Positions 9,812 through 20,394 of a stretch of 64,000 bases of DNA are shown in pieces. The number at the start of each line of letters is the position of its first letter. The first letter of the stretch is position 1. The notes beneath the pieces were generated by a model that was given only the letters and a program-made list of their open reading frames with translations, was not told the origin of the DNA and made no database searches. The position numbers and the translations under genes are program-made. The stretch comes from Gammaproteobacteria bacterium (lineage in GTDB: Bacteria > Pseudomonadota > Gammaproteobacteria > Eutrophobiales > Eutrophobiaceae), in contig QKIY01000028.1 in the NCBI GenBank assembly GCA_003250975.1, forward strand, positions 195,248 through 259,247, written 5' to 3'.

Positions 9812-11568
9812 GCATTGCCTTGCATGGCATGGGAGTATCACGCGGCATCGCGATTGGCAATGTTCATGTGATTCAGCGCGATCAACCTGATGTTCACGAA
9901 TACTTCCTGAAAAGTAATGAGGTCGAGGATGAAGTTAAGCGCTTCGAAACCGCCATTACATGTGCTAGGGAACAACTGCGTGCAATACGTAAACATATTC
10001 CACATGCTACAGATACGGATATAGCGGCATTTATCGACACTCATCTGTTAATGCTTGAAGATTCGGCTCTTACCCATGAACCCATTCGTTACATACGCGA
10101 ATACAAGTGCAATGCTGAATGGGCTCTCAAGCAGCAGCGTGATGCACTGGTCAGCGTATTTGATGAAATGAATGATGCCTACCTGCGCACAAGGAAGGAC
10201 GATGTTGATTATGTTGTAAGTCGCATTCAAAGATTCCTGAGCAATCGCAGTCCTCTGTTACATGAGGAACCCGGCAGCCATTCACGGTTATCCGGTTATA
10301 TCGTGCTGGCCAATGACCTGACGCCTGCGGATACGGTCATGATGCAACATAACGGTATAACCGGATTCCTTACCGAGTATGGCGGGCCAACTTCACACAC
10401 GGCCATTCTTGCACGTAGCCTGGGCCTGCCTGCCATCGTCGGTGTTCAACATGCCTTAAAATACATCAACGAGGAAGACTTCGTCATACTTGATGGCACT
10501 CGTGGCGTATTAATAATTGATCCCGACAGGCGGACACGCACCCAGTATGAAAGGCTGCAAAGAAAGGAAAAGCGTTATTACGCGGATCTGAGAAAACTCA
10601 AGGGCAAGCCTGCCGTCACCCTGGACAAGGTGGTTATCGACCTGCAGGCAAACATCGAGCTACAGGATGACTTCGAGACCGTAAAGGAAGTGGGCGCGAA
10701 TGGCGTCGGACTTTACCGTACGGAATTTCTTTATATGAACCGTGATGAACCGCCGGACGAAGAGGAACATTACGACACCTATACCAAGGTCATAAAGGCA
10801 CTTGGCGGTCTGCCACTGACTATACGCACGCTGGATCTGGGCGCAGACAAGCAAGTGGATGGCGGCAGCAGGCAGACCAGGCCAATCGCAGCCAACCCCG
10901 CGCTGGGCCTGAGGGCCATCAGGCTGTGCCTTAAGGAACCGGGTCTCTTCAAACCACAGGTCAGGGCCATACTCAGGGCCTCTGTCCACGGTCCTGTTCG
11001 AGTGATGATCCCTATGCTATCAAACGTGCACGAGATGACCCAGGTGCTGCAGATGGTTGACGCTATAAAGACCGAACTTGACGAAAAGAACATAGACTAT
11101 GACCATCACATCCAGTTCGGCGGCATGATAGAAGTCCCTGCCGCAGCCGTATGTGCGGAGATTTTTGCGCGCCATATGGATTTCCTTTCCATAGGGACCA
11201 ACGATCTCATTCAATACACCATGGCCATTGATCGCGTTAACGATGAGGTCAACTATCTTTACGATCCGCTGCACCCGGCGGTACTGAGACTGATACACGG
11301 CACCATCAGGGCGGGAGAAAAGTCCCATATTCCCGTTGCAATGTGCGGCGAGATGGCCGGCGAATGCCAGTATACCCGGCTTTTACTTGGGCTGGGCCTC
11401 AGGGAATTCAGTGTTCACCCGGCAGTATTGCTGGAAATTAAACAGATCATTACCCAGAGTGATATTGGCGAGCTGTCCCGCCTGGCAAAAAGAGCACTGA
11501 ATGCCGAGAACGGTGTTGAGGTAGCCGATATCATGTCCCTGGCCAGCCCTATGACTCTATCGTCATAA
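9808..11568 (+). CDS. ptsI: PEP-protein phosphotransferase (Enzyme I, no GAF domain)
   Basis: GGPTSHTAILARSLG, GVGLYRTEFL, MIEVPAA, SIGTNDLIQY, MCGEMAG; 586 aa. Confidence 0.96.
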   Translation: MSIALHGMGVSRGIAIGNVHVIQRDQPDVHEYFLKSNEVEDEVKRFETAITCAREQLRAIRKHIPHATDTDIAAFIDTHLLMLEDSALTHEPIRYIREYKCNAEWALKQQRDALVSVFDEMNDAYLRTRKDDVDYVVSRIQRFLSNRSPLLHEEPGSHSRLSGYIVLANDLTPADTVMMQHNGITGFLTEYGGPTSHTAILARSLGLPAIVGVQHALKYINEEDFVILDGTRGVLIIDPDRRTRTQYERLQRKEKRYYADLRKLKGKPAVTLDKVVIDLQANIELQDDFETVKEVGANGVGLYRTEFLYMNRDEPPDEEEHYDTYTKVIKALGGLPLTIRTLDLGADKQVDGGSRQTRPIAANPALGLRAIRLCLKEPGLFKPQVRAILRASVHGPVRVMIPMLSNVHEMTQVLQMVDAIKTELDEKNIDYDHHIQFGGMIEVPAAAVCAEIFARHMDFLSIGTNDLIQYTMAIDRVNDEVNYLYDPLHPAVLRLIHGTIRAGEKSHIPVAMCGEMAGECQYTRLLLGLGLREFSVHPAVLLEIKQIITQSDIGELSRLAKRALNAENGVEVADIMSLASPMTLSS

Positions 11569-11682
11569 AAAAGACCTTTTCCGTATCTATTATTAAACAG
11601 GCGCGTTCCGGCATTACAAACGCTACCGGAATAGTTATTATCTAGCCACTACCCGCTAATTCACAGGAGACAGGCTACGGCC

Positions 11683-13041
11683 ATGAATGACGAGTCGCAA
11701 CAACCTGAGGATACGGAGATCATCGATCGTCTGTATGAGTCGCTTCATCAAGACGACCTCGATGTTGCGCGTGATTCTCTGGAAAAACTACACCCTTCAG
11801 AGATCGCAGACGCGCTGGAAAGCCTGCCAGGCAAAGAACGTGAACAGCTCTGGGACCTCGTCTCGCCTGAAATCGAGGGCGAAGTCATCTCTCAACTACA
11901 GGCCACCGTCCGGACGGAACTGCTCGGCCAGATGCAGCCACATGAAGTAGCCGAGGTTACCCGGGATCTCGATACCGATGACGTTGCCGACATCATCCAG
12001 GAGCTCCCTGAAGAGATAAAAGACACCGTCCTGTTGGCCATGGACGAGCAACACCGTCAGGAACTCACCTCCGTATTGTCTTTCCCTGAGGATACCGCTG
12101 GCGGACTGATGAATATTGATGCGGTATCGGTACGTGCAGATGTCTCGCTGGATGTTGTCATACGTTATCTCAGGCAATTGGGCGACATACCGGAACGAAC
12201 CGATAGCCTGATGGTGATTGACCGGGGAAACAAGTTCCTGGGGACCCTCAGCCTATCCAGCCTGCTCAGTAATGATCCGGAAAAGACCGTCGGCGAACTG
12301 ATGAGCAGGGGCACTGGTATACCTGCCATGACCCCGGCCAAGGAAGTAGCAAGGATGTTTGAACGTCGTGATTTTTTCTCCGCAGCTGTCGTCAATGATG
12401 AAAACATCTTGCTGGGAAGGATCACAGTTGACGACGTCGTCGACGTTATACAGGAAGAAGCAGAGCAATCCCTGAGAAACATGGCAGGACTGGGATTCGA
12501 TGACAATATGTTTGCCCCCGTCTTTACCAGCGCCCGCCGGCGGGCAATCTGGTTGGGAATAAATCTGGCGACTGCTTTTTTGGCAGCCTGGGTCATCGGT
12601 CAGTTCAAGGAAACCATTCAGCAACTAGTGGCCCTGGCTGTTCTGATGCCCATAGTCGCGGGCATGGGGGGCATAGCCGGTAGTCAGACACTGACGATAG
12701 CCATACGCGGTATCGCTGTTGGGCAGCTCGGCAAGACAAACTCGCGTGCCCTGATGGCAAAAGAGATCTCGGTGGGCATGCTTAACGGCCTGCTCTGGGC
12801 CAGCGTGGTCACCCTCGTCGTTGTGTTCTGGTTTGGAAATTGGCCGCTTGGCCTGGTCATTGGCGCGGCCATGGTCATCAATCTGGTCATTGCCGCACTG
12901 GCTGGCGCCATCATCCCACTGGCCCTGAAGCGCTACGGAATCGATCCTGCAATCGCCGGCAGCGTGTTGCTAACGACCGTAACAGATGTGGTTGGCTTTG
13001 TTACTTTCCTGGGACTGGCGGCCCTCCTGCTAATACCTTGA
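11683..13041 (+). CDS. mgtE: Magnesium transporter MgtE
   Basis: LHPSEIADALE, EDTAGGLM, CBS pair, MGGIAGSQT, IDPAIAGSVLLTTVTDVVG. Confidence 0.96.
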   Translation: MNDESQQPEDTEIIDRLYESLHQDDLDVARDSLEKLHPSEIADALESLPGKEREQLWDLVSPEIEGEVISQLQATVRTELLGQMQPHEVAEVTRDLDTDDVADIIQELPEEIKDTVLLAMDEQHRQELTSVLSFPEDTAGGLMNIDAVSVRADVSLDVVIRYLRQLGDIPERTDSLMVIDRGNKFLGTLSLSSLLSNDPEKTVGELMSRGTGIPAMTPAKEVARMFERRDFFSAAVVNDENILLGRITVDDVVDVIQEEAEQSLRNMAGLGFDDNMFAPVFTSARRRAIWLGINLATAFLAAWVIGQFKETIQQLVALAVLMPIVAGMGGIAGSQTLTIAIRGIAVGQLGKTNSRALMAKEISVGMLNGLLWASVVTLVVVFWFGNWPLGLVIGAAMVINLVIAALAGAIIPLALKRYGIDPAIAGSVLLTTVTDVVGFVTFLGLAALLLIP

Positions 13042-13054
13042 CTGGTTACGGCGG

Positions 13055-13492
13055 CTAGCCGCTCCAGTGGCCCTTATTAAATGACTGGTAAAAGCGTTTA
13101 CAGGAACGCAGATAGGCGGCCAGGTGCATTTCCCTGAACCGTGTCAGCTCCCAATCCCTACCCGTCAATAAATGGCGGTATGAAGCACTGACCACGTAAA
13201 CCTCCGCCTGTACTGTATTATTTCCCTGCCAGTAGACTGGCAGACTTTTCCGTTCATAGAGCACATCCTCAAAGGCATCCAGAAGGACCATCGCCGGAGG
13301 ATCAACTTCGTGGTAAATAGTGCCGCAAACCTGATGACCGGGTTGCGGAAATATGCCGGGAAAGACCTCGTTGCGGATGCAGGAACGGGCAAAACCATGG
13401 AGTGTGGCTGGGTCTGAATCAAACGCCCGGCCGGTAACAGCCTGCATGACCTCCTGCAACTGCAGGGTGCCATAGGTAAAGACCGTGTTCAT
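13055..13492 (-). CDS. Gamma-glutamylcyclotransferase (AIG2-like) family protein
   Basis: VFTYGTL, LLDAFEDVLYER. Confidence 0.85.
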   Translation of the reverse strand: MNTVFTYGTLQLQEVMQAVTGRAFDSDPATLHGFARSCIRNEVFPGIFPQPGHQVCGTIYHEVDPPAMVLLDAFEDVLYERKSLPVYWQGNNTVQAEVYVVSASYRHLLTGRDWELTRFREMHLAAYLRSCKRFYQSFNKGHWSG

Positions 13493-13531
13493 GAGCAAGG
13501 CGAAAGGTGGGTAGTCAACCCTGGTGGTGGA

Positions 13532-13900
13532 TCACCATTTAAATATCACCCACTGCGGAACAGAGATGTTGGAATAAATGTCATTGACCCGAGACTCAAG
13601 GTTGCCGTCGCCATCATTATCAATCAGGTAGTAAGGCTTGCCCACGTCTGGTGTGATCTTGATCATATAAAGCTGTCCATTGACACGGTACTCCGATATC
13701 GTCGCCCCCTCTTTTTTGATGATTGTGACCTCGGGTTCAATCGGTTCACCACTTTGCACCGTTGATGGTAATTCGGGTGGCTCCGGGACCTCTTCCAGGT
13801 CCTGACGTCCTTCTTCGGCTGCAGAGACCATCAGGCTGAGGGCCGCCAGCAATGCAGTGATCAGGAGGTTTCTTGCAATAAATGAGACGGATCGAAGCAT
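13532..13900 (-). CDS. DUF2782-family exported protein
   Basis: Signal peptide; EPEVTI, EYRVNGQLYMIKITP.GKPYYL.D.DGDG, VPQWVIFKW; conserved neighbour of polA. Confidence 0.85.
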   Translation of the reverse strand: MLRSVSFIARNLLITALLAALSLMVSAAEEGRQDLEEVPEPPELPSTVQSGEPIEPEVTIIKKEGATISEYRVNGQLYMIKITPDVGKPYYLIDNDGDGNLESRVNDIYSNISVPQWVIFKW

Positions 13901-13905
13901 CGCGG

Positions 13906-14622
13906 TTAAAGCTCCAGTTGACGTCGTTTCTCTTCCGGGGTCATTTCGATTCCCCTGTCCTTATAATAATCAAAAATGGCATCGACCACCTCCTGGGGTT
14001 CCTCCACTGTCCGAAACAGGGACATGTCCTCCGGGTCAAGCATCCCCTGCTTCACCAGCGTGTCTTGCAGCCAGTCAATTAAGCCTATCCAGAATTCCCG
14101 TTTGACCAGAATTATCGGGATACGCCGGCTCTTCCTGGTCTGTACCAGCGTAAGAATCTCCACCAGCTCATCCAGCGTACCAAAGCCTCCCGGCAGCACC
14201 ACGTATGCGGAGGCATATTTGACAAACATGACCTTGCGAGAGAAGAAATGCCGGAAGTAAAGCGAAATATCCTGGTATTCATTGGCGCCCTGTTCATGCG
14301 GTAACATGATGTTCAGGCCTACACTTTGTGAACGCCCACCATAGGCGCCGCGGTTGAAGGCCTCCATCAGGCCCGGCCCGCCGCCACTGACCACCGAGAA
14401 ACCAGCATCTGACAACATGCGCGCGACCTGTTCGCCAAGATCATAGAGAGGATGGCCCAGTTCTATGCGCGCCGAACCGAACATACTTACTGAGGGCTTG
14501 ATGGCAACAAGCTTCTCGAAACCTTCAACGAACTCCGCCATGATCTGAAACACCTTCCAGGATTCCCGTGTGAGATCCGAGTCATTGATCATGGGTTGGG
14601 CAGACTTGTTACGATCGTTCAT
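13906..14622 (-). CDS. LOG-family nucleotide phosphoribohydrolase (TIGR00730-like)
   Basis: SGGGPGLMEA, RKVMFVKYA, PGGFGTLDE. Confidence 0.92.
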   Translation of the reverse strand: MNDRNKSAQPMINDSDLTRESWKVFQIMAEFVEGFEKLVAIKPSVSMFGSARIELGHPLYDLGEQVARMLSDAGFSVVSGGGPGLMEAFNRGAYGGRSQSVGLNIMLPHEQGANEYQDISLYFRHFFSRKVMFVKYASAYVVLPGGFGTLDELVEILTLVQTRKSRRIPIILVKREFWIGLIDWLQDTLVKQGMLDPEDMSLFRTVEEPQEVVDAIFDYYKDRGIEMTPEEKRRQLEL

Positions 14623-14664
14623 AATGACCAACTATCATACTTGCTTTTTAGCCGCCGGAATACA

Positions 14665-17358
14665 ATGAAGAAAAAACTGCTGATCCTGGTTGATGGCTCC
14701 TATTATATGTTTCGTGCCTATCATGCCCTGCCTCATCTGAAGAACCGGAACGGTGAGGACACCGGCGCGATCTTTGGCGCCGTCAACATGCTGCGAAAAC
14801 TGATCAACGACTACCAGCCCGATTACTTTGCTGTAGTGTTTGATGCCAAGGGAAAAACCTTTCGCAATGATCTCTATCCGGAATACAAGGCCCACCGCCC
14901 AGAGATGCCCGAGGACCTTGCGACCCAGATTGAGCCGCTACACAGGCTGGTCAAGGCAATGGGGCTACCATTGTTAATGGTAGATAACGTGGAAGCGGAC
15001 GATGTTATCGGCACATTGTCACTGGAAGCTGCAAAAGAGGGCATGGAGGTATTGATATCCTCAGGTGACAAGGATCTGGCACAACTGGTCAACGGTAACA
15101 TACGGATGATCAATACCATGAAAAATGTCGTAATCGATCGGCAAGGGGTGATGGAAAAATATGGCGTCACACCGGAACAGATCATTGACTTCCTTACACT
15201 GGTCGGCGACAGCGTCGACAATGTTCCCGGCGTTCCCAATGTGGGCCCGAAAACGGCAGCCAAGTGGCTGAGTGAATACGGCGACCTGGATACCATTATC
15301 AAAAACGCCGATAACATCAAGGGCAAAGTCGGCGAGAACCTGCGCGGGGCCATCAACACGATCCCCCTAACTAAACAACTTGTGACATTGAAATGTGATG
15401 TACCACTGGAACTGAAACCCGGCGACCTGTTGCCCAGTGACCCCGACAAGGCCCGGTTGAAAGAAGACTACAAACGCTGGGGCTTCAACTCATTGCTGCG
15501 TGAGGTGGAGCAGGACGATGAGTCTCCCGTCAAGCAGCAAATGGATGATGACTGCCATTACGAGACTATCCTGACCGATACACTACTCGACGACTGGATA
15601 AAAAGACTGGAGGGAGCGGAGCTTTTCGCCTTCGACTCGGAAACAACCAGCCTGAATTATATCGAGGCAGAAATCGTTGGTGTTTCGTTCGCCATTGATG
15701 AAACCCGGGCAGCCTACGTGCCACTGGCGCATGACTATGAGGGTGCGCCAGAACAGCTTGACCGCAACAAGACTCTAGCCAAGCTGAAGCCTCTGCTTGA
15801 GGACGCACAACATGAAAAACTGGGGCACCACCTCAAATATGATATGAACGTGCTGGCCAATCACGGCATAGACCTCCGGGGGTGTCGACATGATTCCATG
15901 CTGGAGTCTTATGTGTTAAACAGCACCGCCAGTCGACATGATATGGATACGCTGGCATTGAAGCACCTTGGAAAGACTACGATCCATTATGAAGACGTGG
16001 CTGGCAAGGGAGCCAAGCAGATCCCGTTTAACAAGGTCACCATAGAGGAGGCTGCACCGTATGCCGCCGAAGACGCCGAGGTGACTCTCAGACTACACCG
16101 ATATTTCTGGCCACAACTAGAAGGATCCGCTGGCCTGCGGGAGATTTATGAATCCATCGAGATCCCCTTGCTTCCGGTTCTCTCAAAAATGGAGCGCAAC
16201 GGAGTATTAATCGATGTCAAGCTGATAGCAATACAGAGGGAGGAACTGGGTGCGCGGTTGAAGGAAATCGAGGAGGCGGCTTACGCAGAGGCAGGCACGA
16301 TGTTTAACATCAGTTCACCTAAACAGATCCAGGAGGTCCTTTATGATAATCAGGGGCTCCCGGTCCTGGCCAAGACTCCCAAGGGACAACCGTCAACGGC
16401 AGAGTCGGTGTTGCAGGAACTGGCGGCGGACTATACGTTGCCCCGGCTCATACTCGAGCACCGCGCCCTGAATAAACTTATCTCCACCTATATCGATCGG
16501 CTCCCGGAACAAATCAGTCCGAAGACCGGTCGGGTACATACCTCCTACCATCAGGCTATTGCAGCGACTGGCAGACTTTCATCCTCCGATCCGAACCTGC
16601 AAAATATTCCGGTGCGCAGCGAAGAGGGCCGCCGGATCCGGCGCGCCTTTGTGGCCCCGAAGGGACAAGTATTGCTGGCCGCGGATTACTCACAGATCGA
16701 ACTGCGGATCATGGCCCACCTGTCGGGCGATAAGGGGCTGCTGGCGGCATTCGAGGCAGGCGAGGATATACATAGAATGACGGCAGCCGAGGTCTTTAAT
16801 ATACCTCCTGAAAAGGTCAGCGCGGACCAGCGGCGTTCAGCAAAGGCCATCAACTTCGGCCTCATCTACGGGATGTCCCCTTTCGGGCTCGCCAGACAAC
16901 TCAGTATCGGACGCAGCGAGGCCAAGGCCTATGTCGACCGGTATTTCGAGCGTTATCCCGGCGTCCTGAAATATATGGAACAAACCCGCCGGCAGGCGCG
17001 GGAAACAGGCTTTGTAGAGACCGTTTACAAGCGCAGGCTTTATCTACCCGACATCAACTCCAAAAACGCTGCCCAACGGCAATACGCGGAACGCACGGCT
17101 ATTAACGCACCAATGCAGGGCACCGCGGCAGATATCATCAAACGCGCAATGATCTCTGTCGATGCCTGGCTCGCGGAAAATGACCTTGATGCCCGATTGA
17201 TCATGCAGGTCCACGACGAACTGGTGCTGGAAGTCAGCGAGGACATCCTGGAGAAGGTGCGTGGCAAGGTTCACGAATTGATGATCGGTGCTGCTGATCT
17301 GGATGTGCCTCTGGAGGTCGATCTTGGAACTGGCAGGAACTGGGACGAAGCCCATTAG
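14665..17358 (+). CDS. polA: DNA polymerase I
   Basis: LVDGS..FRAYHA 5'-exonuclease, FAFDSET 3'-exonuclease, ADYSQIELR, KAINFGLIYG, QVHDEL; start set at ATG 14665. Confidence 0.98.
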   Translation: MKKKLLILVDGSYYMFRAYHALPHLKNRNGEDTGAIFGAVNMLRKLINDYQPDYFAVVFDAKGKTFRNDLYPEYKAHRPEMPEDLATQIEPLHRLVKAMGLPLLMVDNVEADDVIGTLSLEAAKEGMEVLISSGDKDLAQLVNGNIRMINTMKNVVIDRQGVMEKYGVTPEQIIDFLTLVGDSVDNVPGVPNVGPKTAAKWLSEYGDLDTIIKNADNIKGKVGENLRGAINTIPLTKQLVTLKCDVPLELKPGDLLPSDPDKARLKEDYKRWGFNSLLREVEQDDESPVKQQMDDDCHYETILTDTLLDDWIKRLEGAELFAFDSETTSLNYIEAEIVGVSFAIDETRAAYVPLAHDYEGAPEQLDRNKTLAKLKPLLEDAQHEKLGHHLKYDMNVLANHGIDLRGCRHDSMLESYVLNSTASRHDMDTLALKHLGKTTIHYEDVAGKGAKQIPFNKVTIEEAAPYAAEDAEVTLRLHRYFWPQLEGSAGLREIYESIEIPLLPVLSKMERNGVLIDVKLIAIQREELGARLKEIEEAAYAEAGTMFNISSPKQIQEVLYDNQGLPVLAKTPKGQPSTAESVLQELAADYTLPRLILEHRALNKLISTYIDRLPEQISPKTGRVHTSYHQAIAATGRLSSSDPNLQNIPVRSEEGRRIRRAFVAPKGQVLLAADYSQIELRIMAHLSGDKGLLAAFEAGEDIHRMTAAEVFNIPPEKVSADQRRSAKAINFGLIYGMSPFGLARQLSIGRSEAKAYVDRYFERYPGVLKYMEQTRRQARETGFVETVYKRRLYLPDINSKNAAQRQYAERTAINAPMQGTAADIIKRAMISVDAWLAENDLDARLIMQVHDELVLEVSEDILEKVRGKVHELMIGAADLDVPLEVDLGTGRNWDEAH

Positions 17359-17498
17359 TCAGCGCCAGTTACTGGTAATAAAGGAAAAGTTTTTCAAAAC
17401 ATAAATCCCTGCTAATATTTTAATGTAACTAAAGACCGCAGAGAAAAATTCAAGCTGATAATCCCACGCTTTTGTAAGTCTGATTCTTTGAAAAATCC

Positions 17499-18251
17499 AT
17501 GTTATTGATTCCTGCAATAGATATAAAAAATGGCCGTTGTGTCCGTCTCCGGCAGGGGCGCATGGACGAAGAAACAGTCTATGGCGAAGATCCTGTGAAG
17601 ATTGCAAAACGCTGGGTCGACGCGGGTGCCAGGCGGCTTCATATCGTTGATCTTGACGGGGCCATTGCGGGAAAACCGGAAAACGCGGATATCATTCACG
17701 ATATCGCCGAGGCCTTCCCGGAGGTGCCCCTGCAGGTGGGTGGCGGCATTCGTGATGAAGACACGATACAGACCTACCTGGATGTTGGGGTAACATTTGT
17801 TATTGTCGGTACCAAAGCCGTAACCACACCGCATTTCGTCTCGGATATCTGTCTTGAGTTTCCGGGCCATATTATCGTTGGCCTGGACGCCAAAAACGGC
17901 AAACTGGCGACCAATGGCTGGTCCAAGCTATCCCATCATGGTGCCATTGATATGGCAAGACGCTTCGAAGAAGACGGTGTCGCCGCCATTATCTTCACCG
18001 ATATCGGCCGTGACGGTATGATGAACAGTATCAATATCGAGGCTACGCTGGAGCTTTGCAAGGCAATTACTATCCCGGTGATTGCGTCCGGCGGGATTAC
18101 CAACATGGATGACATCCGCAGGCTTTGCGAGGTGGCCGAGGAAGGGATAGCCGGCGCCATCACCGGGCGCGCCATTTATGAAGGGACGCTGGATTTTGCC
18201 GAGGCCCAGAAACTCGCTGACGAAATCTGCACCTACATACCGCAGAGCTAG
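17499..18251 (+). CDS. hisA: ProFAR isomerase HisA
   Basis: [40 protein letters not shown]. Confidence 0.97.
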   Translation: MLLIPAIDIKNGRCVRLRQGRMDEETVYGEDPVKIAKRWVDAGARRLHIVDLDGAIAGKPENADIIHDIAEAFPEVPLQVGGGIRDEDTIQTYLDVGVTFVIVGTKAVTTPHFVSDICLEFPGHIIVGLDAKNGKLATNGWSKLSHHGAIDMARRFEEDGVAAIIFTDIGRDGMMNSINIEATLELCKAITIPVIASGGITNMDDIRRLCEVAEEGIAGAITGRAIYEGTLDFAEAQKLADEICTYIPQS

Positions 18252-18254
18252 ACA

Positions 18255-19022
18255 ATGACCCTGGCTAAACGAATCATCCCCTGCCTGGACGTAGATGCAG
18301 GAAGGGTGGTCAAGGGTATTAAATTCGTGGATATCAGGGATGCCGGCGATCCGGTGGAGGTAGCCAAGCGTTATGATCTACAGGGTGCAGACGAGATTAC
18401 CTTTCTGGATATAACCGCCAGCAGCGACGACCGCGACACCATGGTGCATGTGGTGGAGGCCGTTGCGGCACAGGTGTTTATCCCCCTTACAGTCGGCGGC
18501 GGGATCCGGACGCTGGACGACATTCGCAAGATGCTGAACGCCGGCGCCGACAAGGTGAGCATCAATACCGCGGCAGTGAAGCAACCGGACTTTATCAATG
18601 CCGCGTCCGGACGGTTTGGTTCCCAGTGCATCGTTGTGGCGATCGACGCTAAACAGTCATCCAATGCCCCTTCTGGCTGGGAAGTGTTTACCCACGGCGG
18701 ACGTAACCCTACCGGCATCGATGCAGTAGAATGGGCCAGGGAAATGACAGCGCGCGGTGCCGGTGAAATACTGTTGACCAGTATGGACCGGGACGGTACG
18801 CGCAACGGTTTTGACCTGGCTTTGACGCGCGCGGTCAGCGAGGCAGTCAGTATCCCGGTGATCGCCTCAGGCGGCGTGGGCACGCTGGAACACCTGGCGG
18901 AAGGGATACTCGAAGGCAAGGCTGATGCGGTACTGGCTGCCAGCATCTTTCACTTTGGCGAGCATACGGTGGGCGAGGCCAAGACTCTGCTCCGTGAACA
19001 CAATATCGAAGTAAGGCTCTGA
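18255..19022 (+). CDS. hisF: Imidazole glycerol phosphate synthase subunit HisF
   Basis: [31 protein letters not shown]. Confidence 0.97.
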   Translation: MTLAKRIIPCLDVDAGRVVKGIKFVDIRDAGDPVEVAKRYDLQGADEITFLDITASSDDRDTMVHVVEAVAAQVFIPLTVGGGIRTLDDIRKMLNAGADKVSINTAAVKQPDFINAASGRFGSQCIVVAIDAKQSSNAPSGWEVFTHGGRNPTGIDAVEWAREMTARGAGEILLTSMDRDGTRNGFDLALTRAVSEAVSIPVIASGGVGTLEHLAEGILEGKADAVLAASIFHFGEHTVGEAKTLLREHNIEVRL

Positions 19023-19026
19023 TGGT

Positions 19027-19434
19027 ATGGTTGAAAAATCCGACACAGACTGGCTTAACGATATCCGCTGGGGCGACGATGGCCTTATTGCCGCTATTGC
19101 CCAGGATGCAGATAGCGGCGACGTGCTGACGCTGGCCTGGATGAACCGGGAGGCTCTGATCGAAACAATAAAAAACGGCTATGCCGTATACTGGTCTAGG
19201 TCGCGGCAGCGTCTCTGGAAAAAAGGCGAGCAGTCCGGCCATACCCAGAAGGTTCAGGACGTATATCTAGATTGTGACAAGGATGCCGTGCTGTTACGCG
19301 TTTCTCAGACCGGTGGTATTGCCTGTCATACTGGGAGGAAGAGTTGTTTTTTTCTGAAATTTGAGGATAAGCGGTGGGTGGAAAGCAGCCCTGTGCTCAA
19401 GGACCCCGATGAAATCTACAAACGTGATCACTAA
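19027..19434 (+). CDS. hisI: Phosphoribosyl-AMP cyclohydrolase
   Basis: [32 protein letters not shown]. Confidence 0.96.
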   Translation: MVEKSDTDWLNDIRWGDDGLIAAIAQDADSGDVLTLAWMNREALIETIKNGYAVYWSRSRQRLWKKGEQSGHTQKVQDVYLDCDKDAVLLRVSQTGGIACHTGRKSCFFLKFEDKRWVESSPVLKDPDEIYKRDH

Positions 19435-19452
19435 CCCCTGTAATACTGACCT

Positions 19453-19773
19453 ATGACAAAAGATGTTTTAAGCACCCTGGCCAAGACCCTGGAACAACGC
19501 AAGTCTGCGGACCCGGAGAAATCCTATGTTGCCAGCCTGTACGCGAAAGGCCTGGGTGCTGTCCTCAAGAAGATCGATGAAGAGGCGACCGAGGTCGTTT
19601 TGGCTGCAAATACGGGCGAGAAACAAGATATAATCCATGAAACGGCGGACCTGTGGTTTCACACACTGGTCATGCTGGCCCAGCTCGGACTGGGGCCGGA
19701 CGATGTGCTTGAGGAACTGGAGAGGCGTTTCGGCCAATCCGGGATTGAGGAAAAGGCACAACGAAAGCGGTAG
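19453..19773 (+). CDS. hisE: Phosphoribosyl-ATP pyrophosphohydrolase
   Basis: [25 protein letters not shown]. Confidence 0.96.
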   Translation: MTKDVLSTLAKTLEQRKSADPEKSYVASLYAKGLGAVLKKIDEEATEVVLAANTGEKQDIIHETADLWFHTLVMLAQLGLGPDDVLEELERRFGQSGIEEKAQRKR

Positions 19774-19814
19774 GCCCGGGCCGGACACACACTAAATAGC
19801 TTGGAGAATGATCT

Positions 19815-20054
19815 ATGGGTCGATTTAGTATCTGGGAATTATTAATCGTATTGGCGATCGTCATACTACTGTTTGGAACCAAAAAGCTGCGCAATATTGG
19901 CAGTGACTTGGGTAGCGCATTGAAGAGCTTCAGGAAGGCCATCAAGGAAGAAGATGCGGAGACACCATCAGACGAACCAGCTTCTCCTGCAGGCAATGTG
20001 ATAGAGGGGGACGCGGATTCCACTTCCGATAAAGACAACAAAAAAGAGTCCTGA
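19815..20054 (+). CDS. tatA: Tat translocase subunit TatA
   Basis: [29 protein letters not shown]. Confidence 0.96.
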   Translation: MGRFSIWELLIVLAIVILLFGTKKLRNIGSDLGSALKSFRKAIKEEDAETPSDEPASPAGNVIEGDADSTSDKDNKKES

Positions 20055-20106
20055 CTTCCCCAGAGCCATAGATTGCTCATTACCCCCGGAATTTTCATAA
20101 CCTCTT

Positions 20107-20394
20107 ATGTTTGATATCGGCTTCTGGGAACTGGTCGTGATCGGCATCGTGGCATTGCTGATCATCGGGCCTGAAAAACTGCCGGGTTTCGCAAGGACTG
20201 CGGGACACTGGATTAGCAAGCTCAGACGCTTTATCAATAGCACACGTCGTGAGCTGGAACAGGAACTGGGGGAACACAGTGATTACACACAGAACCTCTC
20301 CAGCCTAGATGATTTGATAAAAGACGCGCCAGACCGGGCCCCGGGTTTCAATAAGGACAAGGGCCAGAAGGACACGGATAAAGACAGACAATGA
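20107..20394 (+). CDS. tatB: Tat translocase subunit TatB
   Basis: MFDIGFWELVVIGIVALLIIGPEKLP. Confidence 0.96.
   Translation: MFDIGFWELVVIGIVALLIIGPEKLPGFARTAGHWISKLRRFINSTRRELEQELGEHSDYTQNLSSLDDLIKDAPDRAPGFNKDKGQKDTDKDRQ

Noticed and set aside
11569-11682. Mg2+ riboswitch (M-box) upstream of mgtE
   Set aside because: The spacer is only 114 bp with one weak TTCCGG/CCGGAA stem, too short for an M-box.
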